A DNA stretch of 32,000 nucleotides from Phycisphaera mikurensis NBRC 102666 (GCF_000284115.1 NC_017080.1:120001-152000), one strand, 5' to 3'. Numbered from the stretch's first letter, positions 1 to 9,958 are shown. Notes: generated from the sequence alone by a model not told the origin. Numbers and translations are program-made.

Positions 1-1
1 C

Positions 2-271
2 GGCTTCGTCGGGCCGCTGATCATCTGGGCGGTCAAGAAGGACCAATCCGTCTTCATCGCCACCGAGAGCCGCGAAGCGCTCAACTTCCAGATCACGATC
101 GTGCTGGGGTTTCTGGTCCTCGGCGTCGCGACGTGCCTGACCTTCGGCCTCGCGGGGGTGCTCTTCCCGCTGCTGTTGATCTACTCGCTGGTGTTCTCGA
201 TCATCGCGGCGCTCAAAGCCAAGGACGGGGTCCCCTACCGGTACCCGCTGACGATCCGGCTGGTGAAGTGA
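2..271 (+). CDS. DUF4870-family small membrane protein, C-terminal fragment (5' end outside window)
   Basis: Open frame 2 runs from the window edge to TGA at 269-271. The translation GFVGPLIIWAVKKDQSVFIATESREALNFQITIVLGFLVLG...YRYPLTIRLVK shows the GPLIxW..KD...F...EALNFQI signature and the hydrophobic helices typical of DUF4870. It is absent from the ORF track because no start lies in the window. Confidence 0.65.
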   Translation, partial: GFVGPLIIWAVKKDQSVFIATESREALNFQITIVLGFLVLGVATCLTFGLAGVLFPLLLIYSLVFSIIAALKAKDGVPYRYPLTIRLVK

Positions 272-374
272 GGCGGCGCCGGGGGCTCAAGGAGCCGGCG
301 GCCCCCTCCCGTGCCGGCCGCGGACGGGTTGCCGACGCCCGGAGAGCCGGCCCGGCCCTCCCTACGCTGCACGC

Positions 375-1481
375 ATGAGCGAACAGCCTCCCGTCGAGAA
401 GGTCGTGATCATCGGCTCGGGCCCCGCCGGGTGGACGGCGGCGATCTACGCGGCGCGGGCCGACCTCAAGCCGCTGGTGTTTCCGGGCCGCGCGGCGAAG
501 GGGCTCAACCCCGGCGGGCAGCTGATGCTCACCTCCGACGTCGAGAATTACCCGGGCTACCCCGACGGCCGGACGGGCCCGGAGATGATGCACGACTTCT
601 TCCACCAGGCGATGCGCTTCGGCACGCGCGTGGTCACCGACGACGGGCCCAAGGACGCCGACGCGCTGGCGCAGGACACGCTGTACCAGCTGTTCCAGGA
701 CGTCGCGGAGGTGGACCTCGCGTCGCGGCCGTTCCGCGTGCGCGGCGACCGCGGGCACGAGGTGCTCGCCGAGACGGTCATCATCGCGACCGGGGCGAAG
801 GCCAACTGGCTGGGCCTCGAGAACGAGAAGCGGCTGGCGGAGTCCGGCGGCGGCGTCTCCGCCTGTGCCGTGTGCGACGGCGCGCTGCCGATGTTCCGCG
901 ACCAGCCGCTGGGGGTCGTCGGCGGCGGCGACACCGCCTGCGAGGAGGCCACCTACCTGGCGAAGTTCGCCAGCGAGGTCCACCTCTTCGTGCGGCGCGA
1001 CGAGCTGCGGGCGAGCCGGGTGATGGCGGATCGTGTCACGGGCCACGAGAAGATCCGCATCCACTGGAACACCGAGGTGACCGACGTCGCCGGCGACCAG
1101 AAGGTCACCGGCGTCGACACGATCAACAACGCGACCGGAGAGGCCGGCCACCGGGAGCTCAAGGGCCTGTTCCTGGCGATCGGCCACACGCCGATCACCG
1201 GCTTCCTCCGGGGGCAGCTCCCCGCGGACGAGGCGGGTTACCTCCGCGTGAAGGACCCCGGCCGCAGCACCACCGAGGTCGACGGCGTCTTCGTCTGCGG
1301 CGACGTCGCGGACCACGTGTACCGCCAGGCGATCACGGCGGCGGGCATGGGCTGCAAGGCGGCGATGGATGCCGAGCGCTTCCTCTCCGAGCACGGCGAG
1401 GCGCCCGAGGGCATCGGCTCGCCGGAGGCGCAGTGGGCGGGCGCGACCGCCGAGGCGGGCACCGAAACCGTCCGCGGCTGA
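375..1481 (+). CDS. trxB: thioredoxin-disulfide reductase
   Basis: ATG start, 368 aa. FAD-binding motif VVIIGSGPAGWTAAIYAAR, redox-active CAVCDG motif, NADPH-binding motif VVGGGDTACEEATYLAKF, and C-terminal VFVCGDV...YRQAITAAGMGC. Carries roughly 45 extra C-terminal residues relative to classical TrxB. Confidence 0.93.
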   Translation: MSEQPPVEKVVIIGSGPAGWTAAIYAARADLKPLVFPGRAAKGLNPGGQLMLTSDVENYPGYPDGRTGPEMMHDFFHQAMRFGTRVVTDDGPKDADALAQDTLYQLFQDVAEVDLASRPFRVRGDRGHEVLAETVIIATGAKANWLGLENEKRLAESGGGVSACAVCDGALPMFRDQPLGVVGGGDTACEEATYLAKFASEVHLFVRRDELRASRVMADRVTGHEKIRIHWNTEVTDVAGDQKVTGVDTINNATGEAGHRELKGLFLAIGHTPITGFLRGQLPADEAGYLRVKDPGRSTTEVDGVFVCGDVADHVYRQAITAAGMGCKAAMDAERFLSEHGEAPEGIGSPEAQWAGATAEAGTETVRG

Positions 1482-1482
1482 G

Positions 1483-1531
1483 GCCGCGGACCGTGCGGCC
1501 GGGGCGGCCTCTCGAGCGGCGGTCCGCGGCC
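1483..1531 (+). terminator. GC-rich perfect 12-bp inverted repeat just after the trxB stop (possible terminator hairpin)
   Basis: GGCCGCGGACCG (1483-1494) and CGGTCCGCGGCC (1520-1531) are exact reverse complements with a 25-nt loop. The repeat starts 2 nt after the trxB TGA, between convergent genes. There is no U-tract, so function is uncertain. Confidence 0.3.
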
Positions 1532-1724
1532 CCGTGCGGCTTCCCGCGGTTTCTCGGGCGGCCGATGCCCGGGTGCCACGCCCGCTTGCGGAGTGGGGTG
1601 TCCGCGGGACACGCGGCCGATGCGGGCCTCCGCCGGCGTCGCCTCCGGCGATCACCACCCCGCGAGCGGCGTGGCACCCGGGCCGGTGCATCGACGGGAG
1701 CCGGTGGGTTTCTCGAAATGCGGA

Positions 1725-2924
1725 TCAGCCGGCTTGGCCCAGCGTCTCGGGGTCGAGCAGGCGCCCGGCCGCGGCGGCCTTTCGGAGGGCTTGGAGGAGG
1801 CCGGGCACCACGCGCTGCACGCCGCCGGCGGTGGGCCGGTCGACCACGCATCCGGCGGGCAGGTCCTCGACCTCCGCCGCCGCGTGCAGCGCCTCGATCG
1901 CGTGGGCGTGGGCGAGCCCCGCCCCCAGCGTGGCGTACGGCGCGTCCGGCCGCGGGACGCCGCGGCACAGGTCGACGAAGCGGGGCAGGACGCGGGCGCG
2001 GACCGCGGCCCCACCGCAGCTGACGGCCACGCGGTCCGCGGGGGCGAAATCCGGGTCGCCGGGCTCGAGCTTCCACAGCCGGCGGCCGCGGCGGCCCCGC
2101 AGCAGCACCTGCGGCTGCAACGTCTCCTCGGCCGCGTGGGTGAGGTGGAGGTCCAGCCGCACCCCGGGCCTCACGCAGCCCGGGCCCAGGGCGAAGCGGG
2201 CGCTGACGGTGTCGAAGCTCTCGATCGCCGCCGCACGCAGCAGCCGGCCGGCGGCGGCCACCGGCGTGGCGGCGACCAGGTCGTCGTCGCCGGCGAAGAA
2301 CAGCCCGAGCATCAGATAATGAGCCAGCGCGTTGTTCGCGGGGCTGTCACGCACCCACGCGTCGGCGTGCCGCAGCCGGCCGGCCCAGCCGTTGCGGCCG
2401 AAGTAGGCGTCGTCGCGCGGCCAGCTCGCCAGCACCGTCACCGACTCCAGCTCGCCGATGCCGCCGGGGCCGTGCGCTTCCCGCTTGAAGCCGAGCACGG
2501 CGGGATCGAAGAGGTCGTGGAAGCCCACGGCGGCGGGCAGGCCGCTGGCCGCGGCGGCGTGCACCAGCGCCGCGGCGTCCTCCACGCAGCCCGCGAGCGG
2601 CTTCTCGCAGAGCAGCGCCTTGCCCGCGGCGAGCGCGGCCTCGCCGAAGGGCCGGTGCAGCGAGATCGGCACGGGCAGCCAGGCGGCCTCGACGCCGGGC
2701 ACCGCGAGGGCAGCTTTGAAGCAAGCGTGGACGTCCACGCCGGCCGCACGCAGCAACTCGATCCGCCCGGCGCCCGCGGGGTCGTCCGCGGCGGGGTCGC
2801 CGGCGGACACCACCCGCACGCGCGGTTCGGCGAGAGCGAGATCGGTGACGTCGCGGGCGAAGCCGTGCAGGCCCGCGAAGCACAGCCCCAGCGGCGCCCC
2901 CTCCGGTCCGGCCGCCTCAGGCAA
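1725..2924 (-). CDS. Gfo/Idh/MocA-family NAD(P)-dependent oxidoreductase
   Basis: 399 aa with a TTG start at 2924 that overlaps the rhaM stop by 8 nt. N-terminal Rossmann-like segment LGLCFAGLHGFAR and the family-typical LLCEKPLA (EKP) motif. Sits immediately downstream of rhaM, which suggests sugar metabolism. The start codon is uncertain. Confidence 0.75.
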   Translation of the reverse strand: MPEAAGPEGAPLGLCFAGLHGFARDVTDLALAEPRVRVVSAGDPAADDPAGAGRIELLRAAGVDVHACFKAALAVPGVEAAWLPVPISLHRPFGEAALAAGKALLCEKPLAGCVEDAAALVHAAAASGLPAAVGFHDLFDPAVLGFKREAHGPGGIGELESVTVLASWPRDDAYFGRNGWAGRLRHADAWVRDSPANNALAHYLMLGLFFAGDDDLVAATPVAAAGRLLRAAAIESFDTVSARFALGPGCVRPGVRLDLHLTHAAEETLQPQVLLRGRRGRRLWKLEPGDPDFAPADRVAVSCGGAAVRARVLPRFVDLCRGVPRPDAPYATLGAGLAHAHAIEALHAAAEVEDLPAGCVVDRPTAGGVQRVVPGLLQALRKAAAAGRLLDPETLGQAG

Positions 2925-3237
2925 GGTGGAACACCCGCTCGAGGAGGACCAGCGAGGTGTCGGCGGCCGCGCCCGGCAGCGGCTCGAAGAAGGGGGTCAT
3001 CGCCGCCTGCCACCGGGCGTTGACCGGCTCGTCCTGCATGCCGTCGATCGACGCCTGGAGGTCGTCGGCCTCCACCACGCCCACCAGCAGCCCGTCGCCG
3101 CGGAGATACAGCGAGTAGTCGCGCCAGCCGCGACGTGAGAGTGCCGCGAGCATCTCCGGCCAGACGTCTGCGTGGGCGGCCTTGTAGTCGTCGAGGCGAT
3201 CGGGGCGGACCTGGAGGGTGAAGCAGTGACGCGGCAT
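2917..3237 (-). CDS. rhaM: L-rhamnose mutarotase
   Basis: This is the last 106 codons of the 293-aa tracked ORF, starting at the ATG at 3235-3237. MPRHCFTLQVRPDRLDDYKAAHADVWPEMLAALSRRGWRDYSLYL...RVFHLA aligns along its full length with the RhaM/YiiL family (about 104 aa, motifs F.MQV.P....Y...H...WPE). The upstream 187 codons of the tracked ORF are Arg/Ala/Pro-rich GC-artefact sequence. Confidence 0.85.
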   Translation of the reverse strand: MPRHCFTLQVRPDRLDDYKAAHADVWPEMLAALSRRGWRDYSLYLRGDGLLVGVVEADDLQASIDGMQDEPVNARWQAAMTPFFEPLPGAAADTSLVLLERVFHLA

Positions 3238-3400
3238 GCGGAGCCGAAGGTAGAGGCACCGCCGCCTCCGCGGGCTCCGAGACACCGCCACCGGGGCGTC
3301 CGCCGCCGGTTGGCGGGCGGGCGGCCGGCGGGCCGATGGTTCGGCACGCGCCGCCGCCACGCCCGCACGCCCGCCCGAACCCGACACGAGCCGAGCCGCT

Positions 3401-4393
3401 TTGCCCTTCCCGCGATTCCGCCCCGACAAGCCGACCGCCCGCGGCAGGAAGAGCAGCGGCTGGGACCCCGCCGCCACGCTCGCCGGCCTGCGGCTGCTGG
3501 GCACGGCCGCCGCGCTCGCGGCGGCGGTGCTGGGCTGGCGGGCGCTGGAGGCGGGCCTGCTGGCCCACGCCCGGGCCGAGCACGGCGCCGCCGTGGGCGA
3601 CGCCGACGTCAGCCTGCGGGACGCGCCCGCCTGGGTCGCCGCCAGGCCGGCGCTCGCGGCGCGGATCCGCGCCGCCGTGGCCGAGGTGGTGCCGGCCGAC
3701 CCCTTCGACGGCGCCGGCCTGGCGCGGGCGGCGGCACGCCTCGCCGAGGACCCGTGGGTGGCCGCGGTCGCCCAGGTCCGCCGCACGCCGGCCGGCATCG
3801 AGGTCGAGGCGGACTGGCGCGAGCCGGTGGCGTTGGTGCGGGCCCGCGACGGCTACCACGTCGTCGATGCCGGGGGCCGACGCCTCGAGGGCCCGGCCGA
3901 TCGGTTCGGCACCGGGGCCGGTGGCGAGCTGCTGCCGGTGATCGTCGGGGTGTCGCAGCCGCCGCCGGCGCGGGCCGGCGACCGCTGGGCCGGCGCCGAG
4001 GTCGACGCCGGGCTCTCGCTGGTCGCCCGGCTCCGCGGCGAGGCCTTCGCCCCGCAGATCGAGGCGTACGACGTCGGCCAGCGCGACCCGCGGACCGGCC
4101 GGCTCTCGCTGGTGCTGCGCACGGATGCCGGCTCGGTGGTGTGGGGCCGGCCGGCCGATGCGCCATTCGCCGCCTCGGAGGTCTCCACCGAGGAGAAGGT
4201 CCGCCGCCTGCACCAGCTCGCCGACGCCTACCGCGGCCGCATCGACGCCGGCGGCCGGGTGATCCGCATCTACGGCGAGCGGATGCAGTACGACGAGCGT
4301 TCGGAGGCGCGGGCGGCCACCGCGGGCGCGGTCGTGGGCGCGGGCGGCGCCCGCGGCCTCGGCCACCCGGCGGCGTACGGTCCGGCCCGTTGA
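3401..4393 (+). CDS. FtsQ/DivIB-like POTRA-domain membrane protein
   Basis: 330 aa with a TTG start. One N-terminal TM helix (LAGLRLLGTAAALAAAVLGW), followed by an FtsQ-like POTRA pattern: DPWVAAVAQVRRTPAGIEVEADWREPVALVRARDGYHVVDAGGRRL. Confidence 0.6.
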   Translation: MPFPRFRPDKPTARGRKSSGWDPAATLAGLRLLGTAAALAAAVLGWRALEAGLLAHARAEHGAAVGDADVSLRDAPAWVAARPALAARIRAAVAEVVPADPFDGAGLARAAARLAEDPWVAAVAQVRRTPAGIEVEADWREPVALVRARDGYHVVDAGGRRLEGPADRFGTGAGGELLPVIVGVSQPPPARAGDRWAGAEVDAGLSLVARLRGEAFAPQIEAYDVGQRDPRTGRLSLVLRTDAGSVVWGRPADAPFAASEVSTEEKVRRLHQLADAYRGRIDAGGRVIRIYGERMQYDERSEARAATAGAVVGAGGARGLGHPAAYGPAR

Positions 4394-5133
4394 GCCCGCC
4401 CGACGAGAGCCCGAGCCCCGCCGCCCCACCCCCACGCCCGCCCCGCGCCGGCGGCGGGCTGGGCACCCGCGAGGTCGTGCTCGGCTGGTGCCTGTGGCTG
4501 ATCGGCAGCTGGGTGCTGGTGCTCGGGGCCGCCGGCGGCATCCCCGCCGCCGGCCCCACGCACCGCTGGATGAGCTTCATGGCCGCGATCGGCGTGACGG
4601 CGGTCTGGCCGGCGCTGCGCCTCTCCCAGGAAGCCCGCGACCGCCGCGGCCGGCCCACCGACGCCCCCCTCTCCCGCGGTGCGGTGCTGCTGGATTGGGT
4701 GGCCCTCAACCTGGTGTTCCAGGCGGTGCTCTGGCCGATGGCCTTCGTCGGGGGCTGGTCGCTGCCGCAGGCGTTGCTGCTGGGCGGGACGATCGCCGCC
4801 TGGTCGCTGCTCGCCGGGCTGATCGTCGCCTGGGGGCGCGCCTTCGACCGCGGCTCCGCCCGCACCGCCGCGATGGGCGGCTGCCTGGCGGTGCTCCTTC
4901 TCGAGCCGCTGGTCCTGCTCGCCGCCGTCGTCGCCCGCGGCGGCGGCTGGGGCGGCCTGCCCGACCTGCGGCTGTCCCCGCTGCAGGCCGTCTTCGCCTA
5001 CAGCGGACCCGCCGCGCGCTTCGCCCACGCCGACCCGGCCTTCGCCTCGCGGGTGCTCGGCGTGGGCGCCGCGGCCGTGCTGGGCTGGGTCATCTTTCTC
5101 CTGGCCGGCCCACGCGGCGGGCCGGGGCGTTGA
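4390..5133 (+). CDS. hypothetical polytopic membrane protein
   Basis: This is the C-terminal 247 codons of the 653-aa tracked ORF. The proposed TTG start at 4390 overlaps the upstream stop (TTGA). It has at least 6 hydrophobic helices (VVLGWCLWLIGSWVLVLGAAG, MSFMAAIGVTAVWPAL, AVLLDWVALNLVFQAVLWPMAFVGGW, and others). Alternative starts include the ATG encoding MSFMAAIG. No recognisable family. Confidence 0.55.
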   Translation: MSPPDESPSPAAPPPRPPRAGGGLGTREVVLGWCLWLIGSWVLVLGAAGGIPAAGPTHRWMSFMAAIGVTAVWPALRLSQEARDRRGRPTDAPLSRGAVLLDWVALNLVFQAVLWPMAFVGGWSLPQALLLGGTIAAWSLLAGLIVAWGRAFDRGSARTAAMGGCLAVLLLEPLVLLAAVVARGGGWGGLPDLRLSPLQAVFAYSGPAARFAHADPAFASRVLGVGAAAVLGWVIFLLAGPRGGPGR

Positions 5134-5720
5134 GCCCCGCGCCGGCCGATCCCGCCGTCCGCGCCTTCCGCCACTGCGGCGGCTGCGGCCGCCCCGGCCC
5201 GCGTGCCGAGGGCACCGCCGCCGTCTGCGGGGCCTGCGGCTGGTGCTTCTTCACCAACGTCGCCGCGGCCGCCGCCGTCCTCCTCGAGCTCCCCGGCGAC
5301 CCCCCGCGGCTGCTGCTGGTCCGCCGGAGCCGCGAGCCCGCCGCCGGGCGGCTGGGCATCCCCGGCGGCTTCGTCGACGCCGGCGAGATCGCCGAAGCCG
5401 CCGCCCGCCGCGAGCTGCGCGAGGAGCTCCGCCTCCGGCTCCCGCCCACGCCGCTGCGCTTCCTGTGCACCGCGAGCAACGCCTACCCCTACCGCGGCGT
5501 CGTGTACCGCACGCTGGACACCGTCTTCACCGCCCCGCTGGCTGCGGTCCCCCGCTGGTTCGACGCCGCGGAGATCGGCGCCCTCGTTCCCACCGACCCC
5601 TTCGCCGTCGGCGACGACGAGCTGGCCTTTCCCGCCACCCGGGCCGCGCTCGCGGCCTGGCGGGCGGCACGGCGGCCGGCGTCGTCCACCGGCCCGCGGA
5701 CCGCCGGGCCCAAGAGCTGA
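5130..5720 (+). CDS. NUDIX hydrolase with N-terminal CxxC...CxxC zinc ribbon
   Basis: This is the C-terminal 196 codons of the 410-aa tracked ORF. The proposed TTG start at 5130 overlaps the upstream stop (TTGA). Nudix box [24 protein letters not shown], preceded by CGGCG...CGACGW. The start codon is uncertain. Confidence 0.75.
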   Translation: MSPAPADPAVRAFRHCGGCGRPGPRAEGTAAVCGACGWCFFTNVAAAAAVLLELPGDPPRLLLVRRSREPAAGRLGIPGGFVDAGEIAEAAARRELREELRLRLPPTPLRFLCTASNAYPYRGVVYRTLDTVFTAPLAAVPRWFDAAEIGALVPTDPFAVGDDELAFPATRAALAAWRAARRPASSTGPRTAGPKS

Positions 5721-5880
5721 ATCCGGCCGCGGTCCGCGGGTCCGCGGACGCCCCAGGGTCCGCGTTGGCGGCGGCCGGCTCCGCGGGCCGCCGACCGGGG
5801 CACAGCGAGCGGCCCGGGAGCGCCCCCGCCCGGCGGCGGCGCTCCCGGCGGCCCCGCCCGGGCTCTACCTTCCGCTCCCC

Positions 5881-8279
<2,399 letters not shown>

Positions 8280-8286
<7 letters not shown>

Positions 8287-8744
8287 GCCCACCCCCTCCC
8301 GCCCCGCCCGCCTTCCGCTTGAGCACCGCGCAGAAGGTCGGCGTGTCCGCCGTGCTGATGCTCGCGGTCGCGTCGCTGGCGGCCGTGGTGGCCGCCGTGT
8401 ACTTCGACGTGACGGGCCCGTCGCCGGACGGGGCGCCCATCCTCGTGCCCGCCGGCCTGATCGCCGCCTGGTCCGCCATCGGCGTCGTCTTCGGCGTCGG
8501 GCTGCTCTCGCTGGTCCCGCCGCTGCTGCTGGCGGCCGGTTCGGCGGGCCCGCAGGCCGCGCCGCTGGGCTTCATGGCCGGGCTGATGACCCGCCTGTTC
8601 GGGACGCTGATCGGCGCCCTGGTGGGCACGCTGGGGCTCGGGCTCGCGCCGCGCCCGTTCCTCCTGACGCTGGCGGTGGTGTACGTGATGCTGCTCCCGG
8701 CAGAGCTGATCGGGCTGCCGAGGGTGAACCGCGGCGGCGACTGA
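8280..8744 (+). CDS. hypothetical small membrane protein
   Basis: 154 aa. The GTG start overlaps the topoisomerase stop (GTGGTGA). It has 4 predicted hydrophobic helices ([73 protein letters not shown]). No family recognised. Confidence 0.55.
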
Positions 8745-8806
8745 CGCGGCGACGCGGCGCCGGGCCGTCTCGGGTTCAGTCGGCGTCTACATCGGCGGAG
8801 TGGATG

Positions 8807-8945
8807 TGGCGGCTCGGGCGGACGGATGTGCTGGAAGCGGAAAACCCGCCCGGCCGCGGCTTCGGGCCGCGTCGGTTGCAATCAGCTTCCACATCGACGG
8901 AGTCGATGAGCCACCTGAGCGGGTGGCTCATCCACTCCGTGGATG
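8807..8945. repeat. repeat unit 1 (S variant A plus complete H module)
   Basis: S at 8807-8891 has the variant-A core GACGGATGTGCTGGAAGCGGAAAACCCGCCCGGCC. H at 8892-8945 is CATCGACGGAGTCGATGAGCCACCTGAGCGGGTGGCTCATCCACTCCGTGGATG. Confidence 0.9.
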
Positions 8946-9084
8946 TGGCGGCTCGGGCGAACGGAGGAGCGGGAGCGGGGAACGACGCCCGGTTGCGGCT
9001 TTGGGCCGTCTCGGTTGCAACCCGCTTCTACATCGACGGAGTCGATGAGCCACCTGAGCGGGTGGCTCGTCCACTCCGTGGATG
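8946..9084. repeat. repeat unit 2 (S variant B plus complete H module)
   Basis: S has the variant-B core AACGGAGGAGCGGGAGCGGGGAACGACGCCCGGTTG. H is complete. Confidence 0.9.
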
Positions 9085-9223
9085 TGGCGGCTCGGGCGAA
9101 CGGAGGAGCGGGAGCGGGGAACGACGCCCGGTTGCGGCTTCGGGCCGTCTCGGTTGCAACCCGCTTCTACATCGACGGAGTCGATGAGCCACCTGGGCGG
9201 GTGGCTCATCCACTACGTGGATG
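9085..9223. repeat. repeat unit 3 (S variant B plus complete H module)
   Basis: Differs from unit 2 at only a handful of positions: TTTGGG to TTCGGG, loop TGAGCG to TGGGCG, CTCG to CTCA, and TCC to TAC. Confidence 0.9.
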
Positions 9224-9362
9224 TGGCGGCTGAGGCGGACGGATGTGCTGGAAGCGGAAAACCCGCCCGGCCGCGGCTTCGGGCCGTCTCGGTTGCAATG
9301 AGCTTCTACATCGACGGAGTCGATGAGCCACCTGGGCGGGTGGCTCGTCCACTCCGTGGATG
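9224..9362. repeat. repeat unit 4 (S variant A plus complete H module)
   Basis: Same variant-A core as unit 1 (GACGGATGTGCTGGAAGCGGAAAACCCGCCCGGCC), with a few substitutions such as GCTGAGG for GCTCGGG. Confidence 0.9.
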
Positions 9363-9471
9363 TGGCGGCTCGGGCGAACGGAGGAGCGGGAGCGGGGAAC
9401 GACGCCGGATCGCGGCTTCGGGCCGTTTCGGTTGCATTCGGCTTCCACATCGACGGAGTCGATGAGCCACC
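9363..9471. repeat. repeat unit 5 (variant-B-like S, H truncated after its left arm)
   Basis: The variant-B 5' half is retained and the 3' part of S has diverged (GCCGGATCGCGG, GTTTCGGTTGCATTCGGCTTCCA). Only CATCGACGGAGTCGATGAGCCACC (9448-9471) of H is present, after which unique sequence begins. Confidence 0.85.
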
Positions 9472-9958
9472 TGCGGGCGCCGCTTCGGGCCCAAGCGCCG
9501 CGGTCCGCCCCGCTTTTCCCGTTCCCTCCCGGGTTTCTCCCCGCCCTGCCCACCCGTTTCGCCCCGCGGGCCTGTCGCGGGCGCTGTGGACAACCCCGGG
9601 CGCTGCGCACGGCGGCGCCCGAGGGAGGCGACGACCCGGACAGGCGGTGCGGCGTCCGGGATCCCCCGGCGGGTCCTGCCGCGACAGCCTCACCGGGAAC
9701 TGACGCTCTGCGCCAGCTCCCGCGACAGTTTCCACCGAGCCCCTGGGATTCACGCAAGGACCGTTCTGAAAGCAGCTTGCCCCTCGATGACCGAAGCTTT
9801 TCCCCTTGGCGCCAGCCAACAAGACGGCCTCCGGAGGATTCTCATCTGTTCCTGACTTCTTCCTCGCCCACCCGGGGAGACCGAGCCGCCCGGCGCCGCG
9901 AGGGGCATCGGCCCAACGGGTACGGTGGCTCCAGCGGGGCCGGGAAAAACTTTCAAGA

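Larger units (their letters stand above)
8752..9473. repeat. tandem array of a 139-bp structured repeat (degenerate partial unit, four full units and one truncated unit)
   Basis: GGATGTGGCGGCT recurs at 8802, 8941, 9080, 9219 and 9358, an exact 139-bp period. Each unit is an 85-nt segment S plus a 54-nt palindromic module H. Units 2 and 3 are nearly identical. The period is not divisible by 3, so no consistent reading frame exists. Confidence 0.95.

Noticed and set aside
5203-5880. N-terminal 226 codons of the 1027-aa tracked ORF as part of the topoisomerase
   Set aside because: This stretch overlaps the NUDIX gene in another frame and is Pro/Arg/Ala low-complexity sequence. Homology to GyrA/ParC begins only about 25 codons after the GTG at 5881.
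8804-9465. Tracked ORFs across the array (8804-9187, 8943-9233 and 9082-9465 on plus; 8928-9209 on minus) as a repeat-containing protein
   Set aside because: The 139-bp period is not a multiple of 3, so each ORF reads successive units in different frames. The peptides are Arg/Gly/Pro-rich GC artefacts, and overlapping ORFs merely repeat the same peptides.
8892-9471. Integron attC sites or IS200/IS605-type transposon ends
   Set aside because: There are no cassette ORFs between the palindromes, no intI, tnpA or tnpB gene in the window, and the elements are in strict head-to-tail tandem rather than flanking cargo. A REP/RAYT-type relationship cannot be excluded without the full genome.
8752-9473. 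CRISPR array interpretation of the regularly spaced palindromes
   Set aside because: The palindromic module is 54 nt, too long for a CRISPR repeat. The intervening 85-nt segments are not unique spacers: they share conserved ends and occur as two recurring variants. No cas genes lie in the window.
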